The notes under the pieces: generated by a model
Databases searched by the model: none
What the model saw: the letters and a program-made list of their open reading frames with translations, nothing else
Told to the model about the DNA's origin: nothing
Position numbers and translations under genes: made by a program
DNA from: Antedon mediterranea
Taxonomy: Eukaryota > Animalia > Echinodermata
Assembly (NCBI RefSeq): GCF_964355755.1
Contig: NC_092671.1
Location: 16,678,001 to 16,742,000, forward strand
Direction: 5' to 3'
DNA: 64,000 nt
Shown here: positions 12,075 through 25,700 of the stretch, in pieces
Position numbering within the stretch: position 1 is the stretch's first letter
Layout of the letters: every line of letters begins with the position of its first letter

Positions 12075-15000
12075 TTATAAATAAAAGTTTTTCTTGTTTT
12101 ATATTTAATGAGCTGTAGGTAAAATAAATAGCCAATACCATTGAACAACCATTAGGATATGCTACATCAAATAGGAAATCATAATTATTAATCCATCCGT
12201 TCAAACGAATTAAATAGACGCCCAAGTATATAATGCCCTCTAGAACTTATTCTTTAATAGCGCAAACTCGATTGCAAAAAAGGAGCGGATACGCGTCAAC
12301 CAGATGTTGATGCCACTAACAGCGGTTGCGTTAGCTTTATGCGTGTCGTGCGTTGCCACGAAGTAACAAAATAAACTAGCATTTTAATTGTATAAGGTTG
12401 AAACTCTGTAGACCTACATGTCAATATAATTTTTTACTGTAATAGCCACCCATACGTAAGTTCTTTTGAATATAATGTAGGCCTAGAATCCAAGTACCGT
12501 AGGCCTATATTATTATAGGAAGTAAGAACATGGGGAAAAGGTTAACTATATCATTAAAATTGATAAAAATAGGTAATATAAACATATTTTATGAAATTTA
12601 TTTTATTTTTTTAGTTTCTTTTCAATGTTATTGTTATTTTTATGCACAAAAATATTCATAGCAGATGATCAATAAACTGTCGCCAGTTCTGAAGTAAGGT
12701 TTTCTCAAATTGTAGCCTAAGCCATGCTAACAGGTCGGGATAATTATGTTCTAACGAGGATCCGGCTTAATATTCCTACAAAGAAAACATTTGGTATACA
12801 TGGCGTGTCATAAGTTTACTGAAGAAAAAACAAATAAACGCCCGCTGTAAATAGAATAGACTTGTGGCAAATCTAATGAACTTAAATACAATTGGAAAAA
12901 TCATCATTGTTGATACAACAGGCCTAGTACAAACCATTATTAATTCAAAAAGAACCGCCAAGTATCTTAAGTAGTATGGTGCATGGTGATTAAGCACACA
13001 GATACTTAAATTAATTTATCAACTTAATAACTTGATAATTAAAACAACAACCAATTTGAATGAAATAACGGGTGCTTATCATATTATATGCCTTGTACAA
13101 CATCCTGGAAGTAACTACAATCACTCAAATCACACGTCTATTGAATAATCAACGAGAATTAAAAGAGGAAATATTAGATTTACATTCCTGGGGTAAATAG
13201 GCCTTTATGGAACACGAACTCAGTTCGGAAATGATCTAATTACAAAGATTCTTTTATAGAGGGATCGGAACCTTAACTCGGTACTTATATAGTTTCTATA
13301 TATAAATCCGATCAAGGAATTGGATTAATTTAGCTGTTTTTATCCAATATTTAATGACACAGTACTTTACCATATCTTTGTACATATTTCACACTTCTAT
13401 TCAATGCGTTTTTGCATCTCTCATGTCATGTCATAGCAAAACTACAAGATCTTTGAATGCAAAACTCAAATAATATAAATCTAAAATAATTAGAATTCTT
13501 CTACTTTGGACGATTTGGAAAAGAACACTAATATGTATAGCTAATAATAAATTCCGCAACACCACCAAGAAGCCTAATGTACGTTAGGCCTACCAGTAGC
13601 TATTGAATATTACACTAATGCGGTTCGAAAAGGTATTTAAATACAGCGGTAAACACGCAGAAAAATTATAACTCTAGGCTATAAAAAATTGAAACAAGTT
13701 TTTAAACTTTTACGCGTTACCCATTGGTTTTGTATTTTTGTTCTTTGTTTGTAGCCTATGTTATTTATAAAATGACTTTTGCCGAATAAAATAAATCAAA
13801 TCAAAAACATCGACGAGCGGTACAAATAAACTTACGATGTCATCAATTATCTATGCCTTTCGTCAAGGTAAAAGTATAAAAACACAAGAGGTAGAATTGA
13901 CAGTGAATACGCATCGGCCAATAGATGTTCATAATTTCCGTATTTCGTTTGTTCTTACATCCGTAAGCTTCCAGCAAATTACATCTAGGTTGCCGAGTTC
14001 AAACTAACATAACTTCAACAACAGGTGTATGAAACGCCGCACTACAATTTGCAGTCAAACTTCTTGTCCGGATGCGCAAACTCGCAGGGGAATAAATTCA
14101 TGTTGCAGTCTTAATTCGCATCTCTCTAAAAGTACAATATCAATTTGAAAACATAGATTTGATTCGTTCTTCGCTAAGTATGTTTATTCAAGATAAAAAA
14201 TGGTACTCTGATGTATTGGTTTGTTCTCACCATGTTATGTTTGGACTCGATGTGATCTTTTTTTCTAGTTTTAAATGTCAAACAAACGACTTATGTGGGA
14301 TTTTGAATATAATCATTTTGAAAAGAGGTGAGGACCAAACACCATATTATTAATTCATCATAATTAGTTTTGTCACAGACCAAGTGGTCACGAAGCATAA
14401 AAAGGGTAAAGTAGAACGACCGATATCGATGACGAGATCACTTTCATAGAGTTTCGCGCGTAAACCTATGTACTTGGACGACATTTTCTACTAATGTAAT
14501 GTAATTCAACATTTATTAGTTTCTATGGTAAAGCAATAATAAAAAGAGTGATAATTTATAATGAGACAAACAAAAATTACCATCAATAGAGGATCTTGCA
14601 AGAAGAGATTTCTTGTCACGCAAGACGAAAAGAAAAAAAAAACATTTGTATATATATAAAATAAAAAGGGTCATGACAAAAACAGTTTGAAGGTCTAGTT
14701 TGAGTACAATGATAATAAATGATTTTTAAGTTTTCTACGAAAAGTTGAGAGAGAGGAAGAGTTAACAATACTAGTATCTAATTGATTATTAAAGGGCCAG
14801 AAACAAAAATATAGTGGGTTAACTGAAACTTATGAACAGTACTTCTTAGATTATGACCATGGTTAAAAATCAACAGTGTTAAATATGAGAGAAGGGAATT
14901 ATATTTAAGTTTATTAATATTTAGTTTATGTACAATTGTATTTGTCAGTACATTTAATTGGTAGGCCTACTTTAACAGGCAGGATCCAAATAGGCCAATC

Positions 15001-15681
15001 ACATCAAACCATTGGTCTCTTTAAATTCTATTTAAAGTAAAGTGTTACTGATGTATTCTTAAAATAAATATTGTTCTGAAAATACTACAGTAACACTTGA
15101 CTCACTGATGACGAGCCAATGCTGTAGATAATTTAGACGAAAATATTTCAATAATAAGTTCAAAACGTTTCAGCTATGTTTAAAATCATTTTTTAATTAG
15201 TTCTTATTAAAAAATCGTGAATCAATTCAATATAAAGTAATAATGTATAATATATATATCTTATTTGATGATCTAAAGACGAATAACGTAATTTTAAAAA
15301 ACAAAAACGAACTTCATTATCAACAACATACGCAAGGTCTCCTCTACCAACAAAATTATGTCAGATCTTATATCTATTGTGATCTGTATGGGACTTGATA
15401 CAATAATTTATACTGACATTTTGGCACTACTAAACTTTGTTCCATTATAAATACTTTATATCAAACATTGTCTTTTTACCGGTTGTTTTAAAATGTACTG
15501 TACTATCTGCAAGAAGCCTGCGCTCAAGACATTTATGTTAACTTTCACGCGGTATCATCCAATCAGAAGTCGACTTGCAATACTATTCCAACTATTTGAT
15601 TGTGTCACATGATCAAGTTAGACGTTAGTAGACATCGGTGTTCCTTCAGAGACATGGACACATATGGGTGCTGATTGAGAA

Positions 15682-15690
15682 ACATCAAAG
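15682..15690 (+). promoter_or_regulatory. Candidate TCF/LEF site about 1 kb upstream of the Wnt3 ATG
   Basis: Exact ACATCAAAG consensus; CCAAT box nearby at 15558. Motif match only. Confidence 0.3.
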
Positions 15691-16338
15691 TCAATTAATC
15701 TTTTATGGAAATTTCTATCGATATAAGTAAAATATGTGCTCATGTTTAAAACAAACGCGTAAGCCTTCTGTCAGAGGATTGTGCCTTTTTAGATAACAAG
15801 AAGGAATCAGTCACAAACGATATTATTTTCAAACGTAATATTCTGAATTGCAAATTATCAATAATATCTTAATCAGACATGTACAATACATAATTAATGT
15901 GTTAAATATATCTTGTTTATTCAGATGTCTTAGTTCATCGACATATAATTGAATTTACCTTTTGTCTACAATAATGTAGATCTAACTACATCTCAGAATA
16001 AACAATTATTTTATAATAATTGATTTAGATGTTACGACAATAATTTACAGGTCAAGTTTAAAAAACGATATAATTTAAAATAAATATTTCCCTTATAATT
16101 TTAGGATATTATGAATTCATTTTTATATACCCTAATTATCTCGTTATGAATATACTACTTTCCGTTTCCGTTTCTTTCATCATACTAAATTAATTTTTCA
16201 ATAAATACAGCTTAATAATAAATGTCATTTACCACTTCGTCACCAACTGTACAACGGGAAATGATATACATGAATAGTTATTTTTGGGTAGATCCTAAAA
16301 GATTAGAGGGGTTCCTTTTCTGTTTACTAGGCTGAATG

Positions 16339-16360
16339 CCAATATAAAAAAGAGGCGGGA
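16339..16360 (+). promoter_or_regulatory. Candidate Wnt3 core-promoter elements
   Basis: CCAAT overlapping TATAAAA (16343) followed by GC-box-like GAGGCGGGA, about 350 bp before the ATG. Motif match only. Confidence 0.25.
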
Positions 16361-16695
16361 ATAACCTTCAATTTAACTGCTCGTGAATCATGGTAGACGG
16401 TGGCATTATTGGTGCGCAGGCTATAACCAAAAGATCTGAACCACTACGCACTATTAGACAATGCTCGAACAGTACACGCACTGTAAGATTTCAAGTTTGG
16501 TGTGAGATCAGCCGAGCGTGACAATTGCTTCATAAAGCCGGTAATCATCAACAAAGCACCAAATTTCATAAGAACAGAACACAGAAACTTACCGCATTTG
16601 GGATCCGATTCGATAGATTTAAGTCGATTCTGAAAAGTTAAGACAAGAATCAAGTTATTTGGTTAATTCAATTTGGAACGAGTGAAAGAAAAACA

Positions 16696-16769
16696 ATGTG
16701 GAAATACGTGAAGGTGGTTTGTTTGCTTTTAACACTAAACTTAGTAGATGGATATACACCAATGTGGTG
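16696..16769 (+). CDS. Wnt3: Wnt3 exon 1 (signal peptide), not in the ORF track
   Basis: MWKYVKVVCLLLTLNLVDGYTPMW plus TG|GTAAGT; the TG is completed by the first G of exon 2 (42000) to give the WW dipeptide. Confidence 0.88.
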
Positions 16770-19700
16770 GTAAGTGGCCTACTTAAAAAGTAAACTTTTA
16801 TAGAGATTAGGAAAAAACAAAAGTTATTGCAATTGTTGAAACAATTTGAACTATTGCCAACCCGAATGTTCAGTTGTAACTATATTATTCTAGGAATACA
16901 TTCAAATGCTTAAATAGTAACTTGATAGTACAGTATGTATAATTGTGATGCAATTGGTTATTATAATTAATTGAAACATTGCTATAGATTTCAAATCCAC
17001 GTAATGTGTTTCTATGCTGAAATGAATTTAATAATAAATAAAAATAAGAGAGAGAGAGAAAGGAATTGACAACGAATACACAAGGAAAGTGTGTAAACGC
17101 AATAACAACAGTTCAACAATAATGATAAACCTAAACTAATATTATATTTGCAATAATTAATAGTAAACATGCCTTAAAATAAGAGTTATGAATAGTGAAA
17201 ATGATCTTGTTAGGTGCACTTCGCAATATCTGTTAAGGTTCTCAAATATCTTCACTAAATGGGAGAAAATTCTAATTTAGTGTGATTTTCGTTTTTCTTT
17301 GCATTGTCATTTTTTTTGGATTTGAAATAATGTTATTAACCAATCAATTATTAATGCTTATAATTACTGTGATACCTTTATTGGGTCACATTGCAATATG
17401 GAGAAGACTGAATTTAAAACAATAAACTCTATTATTTATCAACTACCATAATATTGCCATCATTTATGCTATGAAATTATATTTATAAACGATGAGTAAA
17501 TAAATGTGAATTGAATTGAATTGAATTTAGATGTACACTATAGGCCTAGTATTAGGCCAGGCCACTGCATTTTAGATGTACACAGTATATGCCTACTGCA
17601 TTTAAGATTTACACTACACTAGTAGGCCTACTGCATTTGATATGTACACTAGTAGGCCTACTGCATTTGATATGTACACTAGTAGGCCCACTGCATTTGA
17701 TATGTACACTAGTAGGCCCACTGCATTTGATATGTACACTAGTAGGCCTACTGCATTTGATATGTACACTAGTAGGCCCACTGCATTTGATATGTACACT
17801 AGTAGGCCCACTGCATTTGATATGTACACTAGTAGGCCTACTGCATTTGATATGTACACTAGTAGGCCTACTGCATTTGATATGTACACTAGTAGGCCTA
17901 CTGCATTTGATATGTACACTAGTAGGCCTACTGCATTTGATATGTACACTAGTAGGCCTACTGCATTTGATATGTACACTAGTAGGCCTACTGCATTTGA
18001 TATGTACACTAGTAGGCCTACTGCATTTGATATGTACACTAGTAGGCCTACTGCATTTTAACAATCATGTCTGATCTTGTTTCCACATTTTAAAATTAAT
18101 TTTACTCTCTAACAAAATCTGCTGAATCTCGATTCTGACGAAAAGAAAAGCTGGAACGTGTTTAAAGTGTTCATGACAGTCAACGGATTCAAATATTAAA
18201 TATATAATTAAGATCAAATGAGTATACCCTATTTCTTTCCTTATTCTGTCAAACTCTATACAATATGTTGGAATGATTGGCTCTTATTACTTTCAGATGT
18301 CTTATGTCATAAAGTACGTAAACTTAAGAATTGGACAAGTGTATATTCATTTTATTATTTGATGGTGATTAATGTGTTCATTTTTAAATGTTATGTAAGC
18401 ATAGAACGCGTATATAGCCGACACTGTTTTTAATGATGCCAAGTATATAATAGCAATATGTAATTTACATTTTTAACGTGAACATGCTGTAGTTTTTACT
18501 GTCATTATTGCAGAACTTTAGATTTTGATATTTAGATTATAAAGTACCGTAACTGAATTATCTTTTCTCTATCTTTGTTAAGATACTCGCACTAAAAAAG
18601 CAAGGGTTGGATCTGGAGGACATCCGACCGTGGACGAGTTTGAACATATACTTAAAACTGTAGGCCTATTTTGCGAATAAGTTTTAGTTTAAGTCAGATT
18701 GGCTGGCCTTAGTGATTTATTTAAAAACACTGTATACAATTATGACTGAACTACCTCTCCTACATGTTTATCTTCTTTTCACTTTCAAAATGTTATTTTC
18801 TTTTTTTTTAAATTGTACAGGTTCATTAGATACACCTTAAAATAGAATAGTTTCAATATTAGGCCTGTACATTGGCCTATTTATTATATTACAATGCAAT
18901 TTGTTTTTCTCTTTCTCAATTAAAACAAACTATAATTATAATGTTTTTATGGCTATAAGCTTGGTTCCCACTAGAACGTAACGCAAGGACGTAAACGCAA
19001 CGCATGCGTTTTAACCAATGACAAGCGAAGTTATAGACAGTTACCGGTAGCAATCACAAGCGAATAAGCCATCGCTTGTGATTGGTCAATTCACTTGCGT
19101 TGCGTTACGTCCTTGTGTTGCGTCGCTAGTGGGAACCACGCTTTACGAAGATTACGGTACGGTATTTCGCAAATAATGTATTAAGCCGATTTTCCACTAG
19201 GCGAATTTGTTCGCGCGAATCGAAAGCGCCAGCTTGTACGCATGTGTATTCCATCTTCCAAATCCTACTCTACGCATGCGTATTAGCTGACGCCTTCGAT
19301 TCACGCGAACAAATTTGCCTAGTGGAAAATCGGCTTTACAAACTAATAAAACATGCGTATAATACATGTATGTATACATAAAAGAAAGAAGGCCTACTAC
19401 GTTAAGTGACACTTTAGGATAATATGTCTAACATTCTAATGTACGGTACTATTATCATTTTATTATAATATTATTCCTCAGAATACATTAAATTTATATA
19501 TTTCTACTGAAGTATATCGGTAGCTTTAAAGTAAGATGAGGGTTGGTAAGTAAACTTGTATATTCTACTTGTAACGCGTTCGGGTAAGGTGGCAACACTT
19601 ATGTGACGAATTATAGGGTCAAAGTACTTACTAAAACATCTGAACCATGTTAACAATACTAGGATTATGCTTAGAGTATAGTGATTGTTAAAAGTGTTAC

Positions 19701-22700
19701 ATTTAAAAACACTCGTCAATGCACTCTGATCGCCTTATCACAGTTTTAACAAGAAATGTTATTTCTCACCTGAAATATTGTTTAGGTATTAAAAGTATTT
19801 TGATTTAAAATGGCGATATGTCTTTAAATGGAGTAAAGGTCTCTATAAAAAAATAAATATTGGTGTCTCAAAGGAGGGGTTGTACAAGGAAGGTGTTATT
19901 CTATAGCTAAATTACAACTCCTTAGTTTTAACATGTAAATAAATAATAATATTAGATAGTAGGCCTACGAGATAAACCTTGAGCTACCGGTGCTTAGTCA
20001 TCAGTATGTCTTCACCGTCCCCTTCGTTTTCCAGTTTCCCGTTGACCCCTGTTCCATTCGTCCGTATAAAGTCTAGTCAGGTTGTGTTTTGTCTGGTGTT
20101 ACAGTAATACTCTTCCAATAATAAACTCCCTGTTTTCGTTTGGGTTATGTTATAGAACTATTCATTTAAAGATCTTCATTTTTTAAAAGAGTTTTCCTTC
20201 GAAAGTATGATTTTAAAATTTTATTTATTTTGTTCCACGTCACTGAAAACACACTTTAATTCACGATATTTTGATAAAAAAAAGACATTTTTTCATAGGA
20301 CTTCATACTAGAAAGAATAATTACATTCTATTATCATAAACGTTAGAAATTCAATATTTTGATATCTTAACAGGAATTACCATCATCTCTTCTGATCATT
20401 TTAGTGTTGATGGAATCCCATGTGTCGCTTTCTTAATATCATACGTTTTACTTTCATTTTTCAAACAAAAATAACATTTTAGATGTTACATTAAAAAATA
20501 TAAGGCGATTCTGCATTTTATCAGTGTAAATATCCATTTTCTAATCAAATACCTGTATCTTTTTTATAATCTGTATGTTTTGCTAGTTTCCAACATAGAC
20601 TTTGTAATCAAATGCCTTTAACTTAGGCCTATCACTTTTTTATAATCCGTATGTTTTTTTATCATTCATGTAACGTTTTTTGTTTGTTTTTTTTACCATA
20701 TCTAATGAGGGTGATCCATCCAGCAATTGCTGATCATTAGGGACCCTCAGAGGTTCACAAGACAAACATTATACACAAGATGCTCTACATTAACAAAGTC
20801 TTATTACAAGTCTTTGGGAGTGGAGTTGTAATTTTGACCTTGGAAAAAATCCTGACATGTTACAGGACTTGAAACCAGGACCCTTGGAGTGGTAGCCAAG
20901 CATTATAACCACCAAGCCACAACTCCACTCAATCCTTATTATCTGTTTGTTCTGCTATTTTCTTGTATAGATACTGTAACTAAACATCATCATATAGATA
21001 CATAATTAAATACATGCATCACTGTTTTGCTGTAGGAGAATTGATTGTTAATTTTTGTATTAGTCTGTAATTGTATTTTTTTGTAATGTATTAAAATAAA
21101 AAAGATTGAAAAAAAAATTATCCATTTTCAAAATGATTTTGACCAAAGTCAAACGAAATGTGATGTTAATATAAACAATTTAAAAATAAGTAACACAACC
21201 TTAATATACCTCAATGCGTTCCATGACACATAGACCTACAGTAATTTATTTAAACATTACGCGCGCACTGGAGTTGAAGCACAAACTAATAAAGAAGTTT
21301 AAACTAAAGTTACTATTGCAAATAGTTCGTCATCATGCATTAAAAAACCTATAAGAAAATTATGCGTGCGAGTAATAATATCACTATTAGATTATGTGTC
21401 ATGAACTGCGTCCTTGATTGCAGAATTAATTCCACAAAATCGAGCAAGATTTTCTTTGTTTAAAAATAATAGTAAACCATCTCTTCGATGTGAATCATCA
21501 CTGTCTTATTATTGACTACAATTCTAGTTCATGTTTCTTTAATGTCATCAATCTTGAAACCCACCGCTCTACCGGTTTTGCTTCTTATCTCTAATCAAAA
21601 TACCGTTTTACTAAGCCTCCCCTTTCCTGAGTGGAATTACATGAAGGGGTTGCGTGATTCAACTATAAGAATCATCGCAAACCGCTTTCATCTAATTTGT
21701 TTATTGACCATCAACAAAGTTTGTGTTTCCCGGGGGTTGGGTTTTGGGGAGGATAGGCCTTAATTTCGTGGTTCACCATATACACAATGGTACTTACAGT
21801 AATAACTAATATAGGCAAATAAGGAAATAATTACGATAATGATTTTGAAACAACCGCAAACCAAACAGATTCTAATTTATGCGTTATATTAACTTGCGGC
21901 AAATTAATTAAGTGTGTTGAATACTATACGTACTATAATACACGCGTTTATTTTTAAAACACGGCGTTCAAATGGGGCTCACAAAAACCCGGTGCACACT
22001 GAATAATAACACGCGAAGCGACACGCGTCAAGCTTCAGATCGCGAGAAGCTTGAAAAAGTTAGACCATCGCGAACATGCATTTTAATGCACATTTTTTAT
22101 TTTACTTTTAAAATTAAGGAAAGGCAAGCTGAAAATAATTCTATTATAAAATAGCCAATAAAAACACAAATTAACATTTTTATGTTAATAGTTAGATAGG
22201 ACTAAAAACTCGTTTGTGCTTCGAATTGACGATTAGGCCTATACCTCCAAAGTAAATTTGGTGTCTCTAAAAGTCGGTGTGGTCGATTCTAAGGTGGTAT
22301 TTCATCAAAGCAGAAGAGGTATTTTAAAAAGGCAACGTCCAAAAAATAACTGATACCAGTTTGGAATTTTTTCCGACTAATTCCGATATTCGTAAAGGCA
22401 TATTAGAATTATGTGACTTGATTTTATGATATGGTATTTCAGATAAGAGTGCCTGCACCTTATTTTAAAACAAATATTACCCTTAGGGCTAATACTTAGC
22501 AATTAGATTATCGTGAAATTGGAAATAAATAGGATATTGTCGCGAATCAATTCTGATTTAATTCCCTTCCTGGCAGTCCAACTTTATTTTAACGAAGTGT
22601 AACTATCAATAGACTCGTTGAATGTGACAATAAACAAATGTTTTCTTGTTGTCCGGCGGCTGAGTTGCAGGTGTGAGCAGTTATCGTGGAACGTAGAATA

Positions 22701-25700
22701 TTGCAACCGTACGTGTAGCCGTGTAACGGTATACCCTTGGGTTCAAAGACCAAAAGCTTGGTTCTAGGATGCAAAGCAAGCTGCCGCTTGTAATTAGTCA
22801 AATCGCGTTTGCGTATTCGTAATTTATTTGCGTTATTTGGGTAAAGAGTAGGCTAAGTATCGCGCTTGAATCGTATCATTTCACGTGCGTTGGATAATGC
22901 GGAACGAATTCAACCTTACGCTACGAAACATAGATATGAAAATTTGAAATATGTGACATGTCTAGGTGTAATTACAAAAAAATGACGTGGTGGTGTTTAA
23001 GCCGATTCCCACTACGCGAATTTATTCGCTCGAATCGAAAGAGTCAGCTTATACGCATGCGTTTAGATGGATTTGGAAGATGGAAAAATTAAATACGCTT
23101 GCGTATAAGCTGGTAGAAAGCTAGTAGAAAATCCCCTTTGGGACTACATTATAACACTTTCCCCTTATACTATAATATTCCAGGGGAATTGCATGCCATA
23201 CGCACAACCAAAATGCTGTAATGAAACCTAAACTGACGCTATACTGGCTCCGTACACCCATCATCTACTTGATCTTAGCACGTATGAGACCGCCTATGTT
23301 GAGATTTTAATAACCTACGAAACTAATTTGTGATTGTTATAGTTTCCGCACGTGGAACCGCACGCTGTTTGGTTGGCCTCTATGACAGTAGTTAACTTAT
23401 TTCTGAAATTCTTCACAATGGTTCCTCTGCAATGTACTATTTAAATATAATTTTAGGTGACAGTTAATACACTAATCTAAGAATCGGGATCGCCTCATAT
23501 TTCAATCAAAATAATTTGATATTTAAGAATGTCTTCTTAAATAGAGGGGCATATTGCAAAGTAGAAAATACATGTTTTTAATTTACAATATTATCTCATA
23601 AATTGTGTGTTTGCGGTGTGACTGAAAACCGTATTTTTTTTCTATCTTAACATCTTAATTAATTTAAGCAATACAAATTAGAAACGGAGAATGTGTAGCA
23701 AAATGTTAATTTTTAAGAAGGCCGAAACATGATTATTTTAATGTTTAAATTTAAAATTATTATGGAAAGCACGTGAATACACATCGTCGGATTTCCTTGA
23801 GTAAATGCGAGTTAATTGTTAATTAATATGGTTGTCAACATAATCACACAATCACACAGCTACCGCGCCTTGAACTTGAAATTAAGACTTTACAAGGAAC
23901 CGACAAGTTGATACGTCGCGTGATGGATAATTCGTCATACGGCCTAGTATTGCGTCCCGTATGCGTCATGGGATTACTGTCCCCCGTAGGTCCGATTTTT
24001 GAATCGGTGAATCGATGAATCGTTTGTCTAGCACTCGTAAGCTTCTTCTTATCTGTGAGCAATTCAATTACATAGCCTGCAATACATGGTATCGTACGAT
24101 ACATTATATCGGGGCATGTTATACTGTATATAGGATGTCTGTGACCCAAAACGTAGAGTTTAAATTAATTGGGTACTGTATTAAAATATATGTTTCGTAA
24201 CCTGTATCTCTTTTATCCTCGCCGTTAAGATTATGAGATGTCCAATTTTGTCCAACATTGTGTCGTTTATGTCAATTAGTGCAGAAATGTTATATAACAA
24301 CATTTTGTACTTGCACTAAACCGTATAGTGTAGCCGTGTACAAAAATATATCGTAAATTATTCTGGACGGGAGGTTGATACATTATGTTATTACCCGTCC
24401 GATTGTTATGTTCATGCGAGCAAATTATATTGAGCGAATAAAGACCTTGTGATATATACCTCTTAGACTGACAATCACCAATTCTGGTAAATAGACCGCA
24501 GGTGAACGTCCTTTCATAATAATTACTGTAATATTATATTTTAATTAATCAATTACACCAACCATGATTTTCTAGGCGTTACACGACGCATTTAACGGGG
24601 ATGCGACGCGGTGTACAAGCAATCTCTGTCATATCGAATACAGATTAACCGTTTGATTCCTTCTACATATACGCGGTAACCGGTAGGGTCAGACTCTAGG
24701 TTAATACTAAGTGTAACATGGATGTATAATTACAGTACAACTTTATGAGGCAACTCGTGCTATGTGGTTTAAGTATAAACTCTAAATTGCTTACAACATG
24801 ATACTTGTCAACTACTTTTGTAAAGAACAGGCTGATTATTTTTATCCTATAGGCCTAATTCACCGTTGCATTCCTCCCATCTAAAAAATATTAGGTAGTG
24901 CATTAAATCAAACTAGAGTACAGTAGTAGGCTACTGTAAGCAGATACTTGACGACAGCGCAGTATTAAGCACATTCGACGACTGCGCAGCGCTACAAGCA
25001 TATTTTGCCAACTGAATAGCGATACAAGCACATACTTGCCGACTGCGCAGTATTACGCATGCACTTGACGACTGCGCAGAACAAGCAGATACTCGACGAC
25101 TGCGCAGTACTATAATCAAATACTCGGCGACTGCGCATTACTACAATCAGATATACTTGTAGACTGCGCAGTACTACAAGCAGATACATCATTTCAGTAT
25201 TTGAAATAAAATTGTAATTCAGACAAAATGCAACAATTTCAAGCATTGCTGCGTCATTGTAACTTAGTCAGTCTGTTGATTAAGAATTTCACTAAGTGGC
25301 GACTTTGAGCCTTTATTTTAATGATTTGACTAAACCGTCACGGATGAACCAATCAACGAGTACTTGTAACACTGTATCCTCCACTTAAATCGTCAGAATA
25401 AGAGAAATTACGTGTATGGCCTTTTTTAGGTCGATGAAAAAGTACGGGTGAAAAAAAAAGTTTAACGATTTATAAAGTTAAAATTAATTAATTAATTTTA
25501 AATTATGACATTGTGTCAGAAGCAATTCTTGAACACGAATCGGGTTAATCTCGCATTAGCAACCTCTTGTTTCACTACGCGCTACTAGACTACACGCCAA
25601 TTCAATCCAAATGTTATGAAATAATATGCGCAGAATAATCGTTGGACTCAATAGCTACGTAGTCGCTTGTCGCGTCTGAACGGCCGTTTATGACATCTTT

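Noticed and set aside
17589-18074. Four overlapping repetitive ORFs, including a zinc-finger-looking HIKCSRPTSV repeat
   Set aside because: Translations of a 30-bp minisatellite open in several frames, with no splice or domain support.
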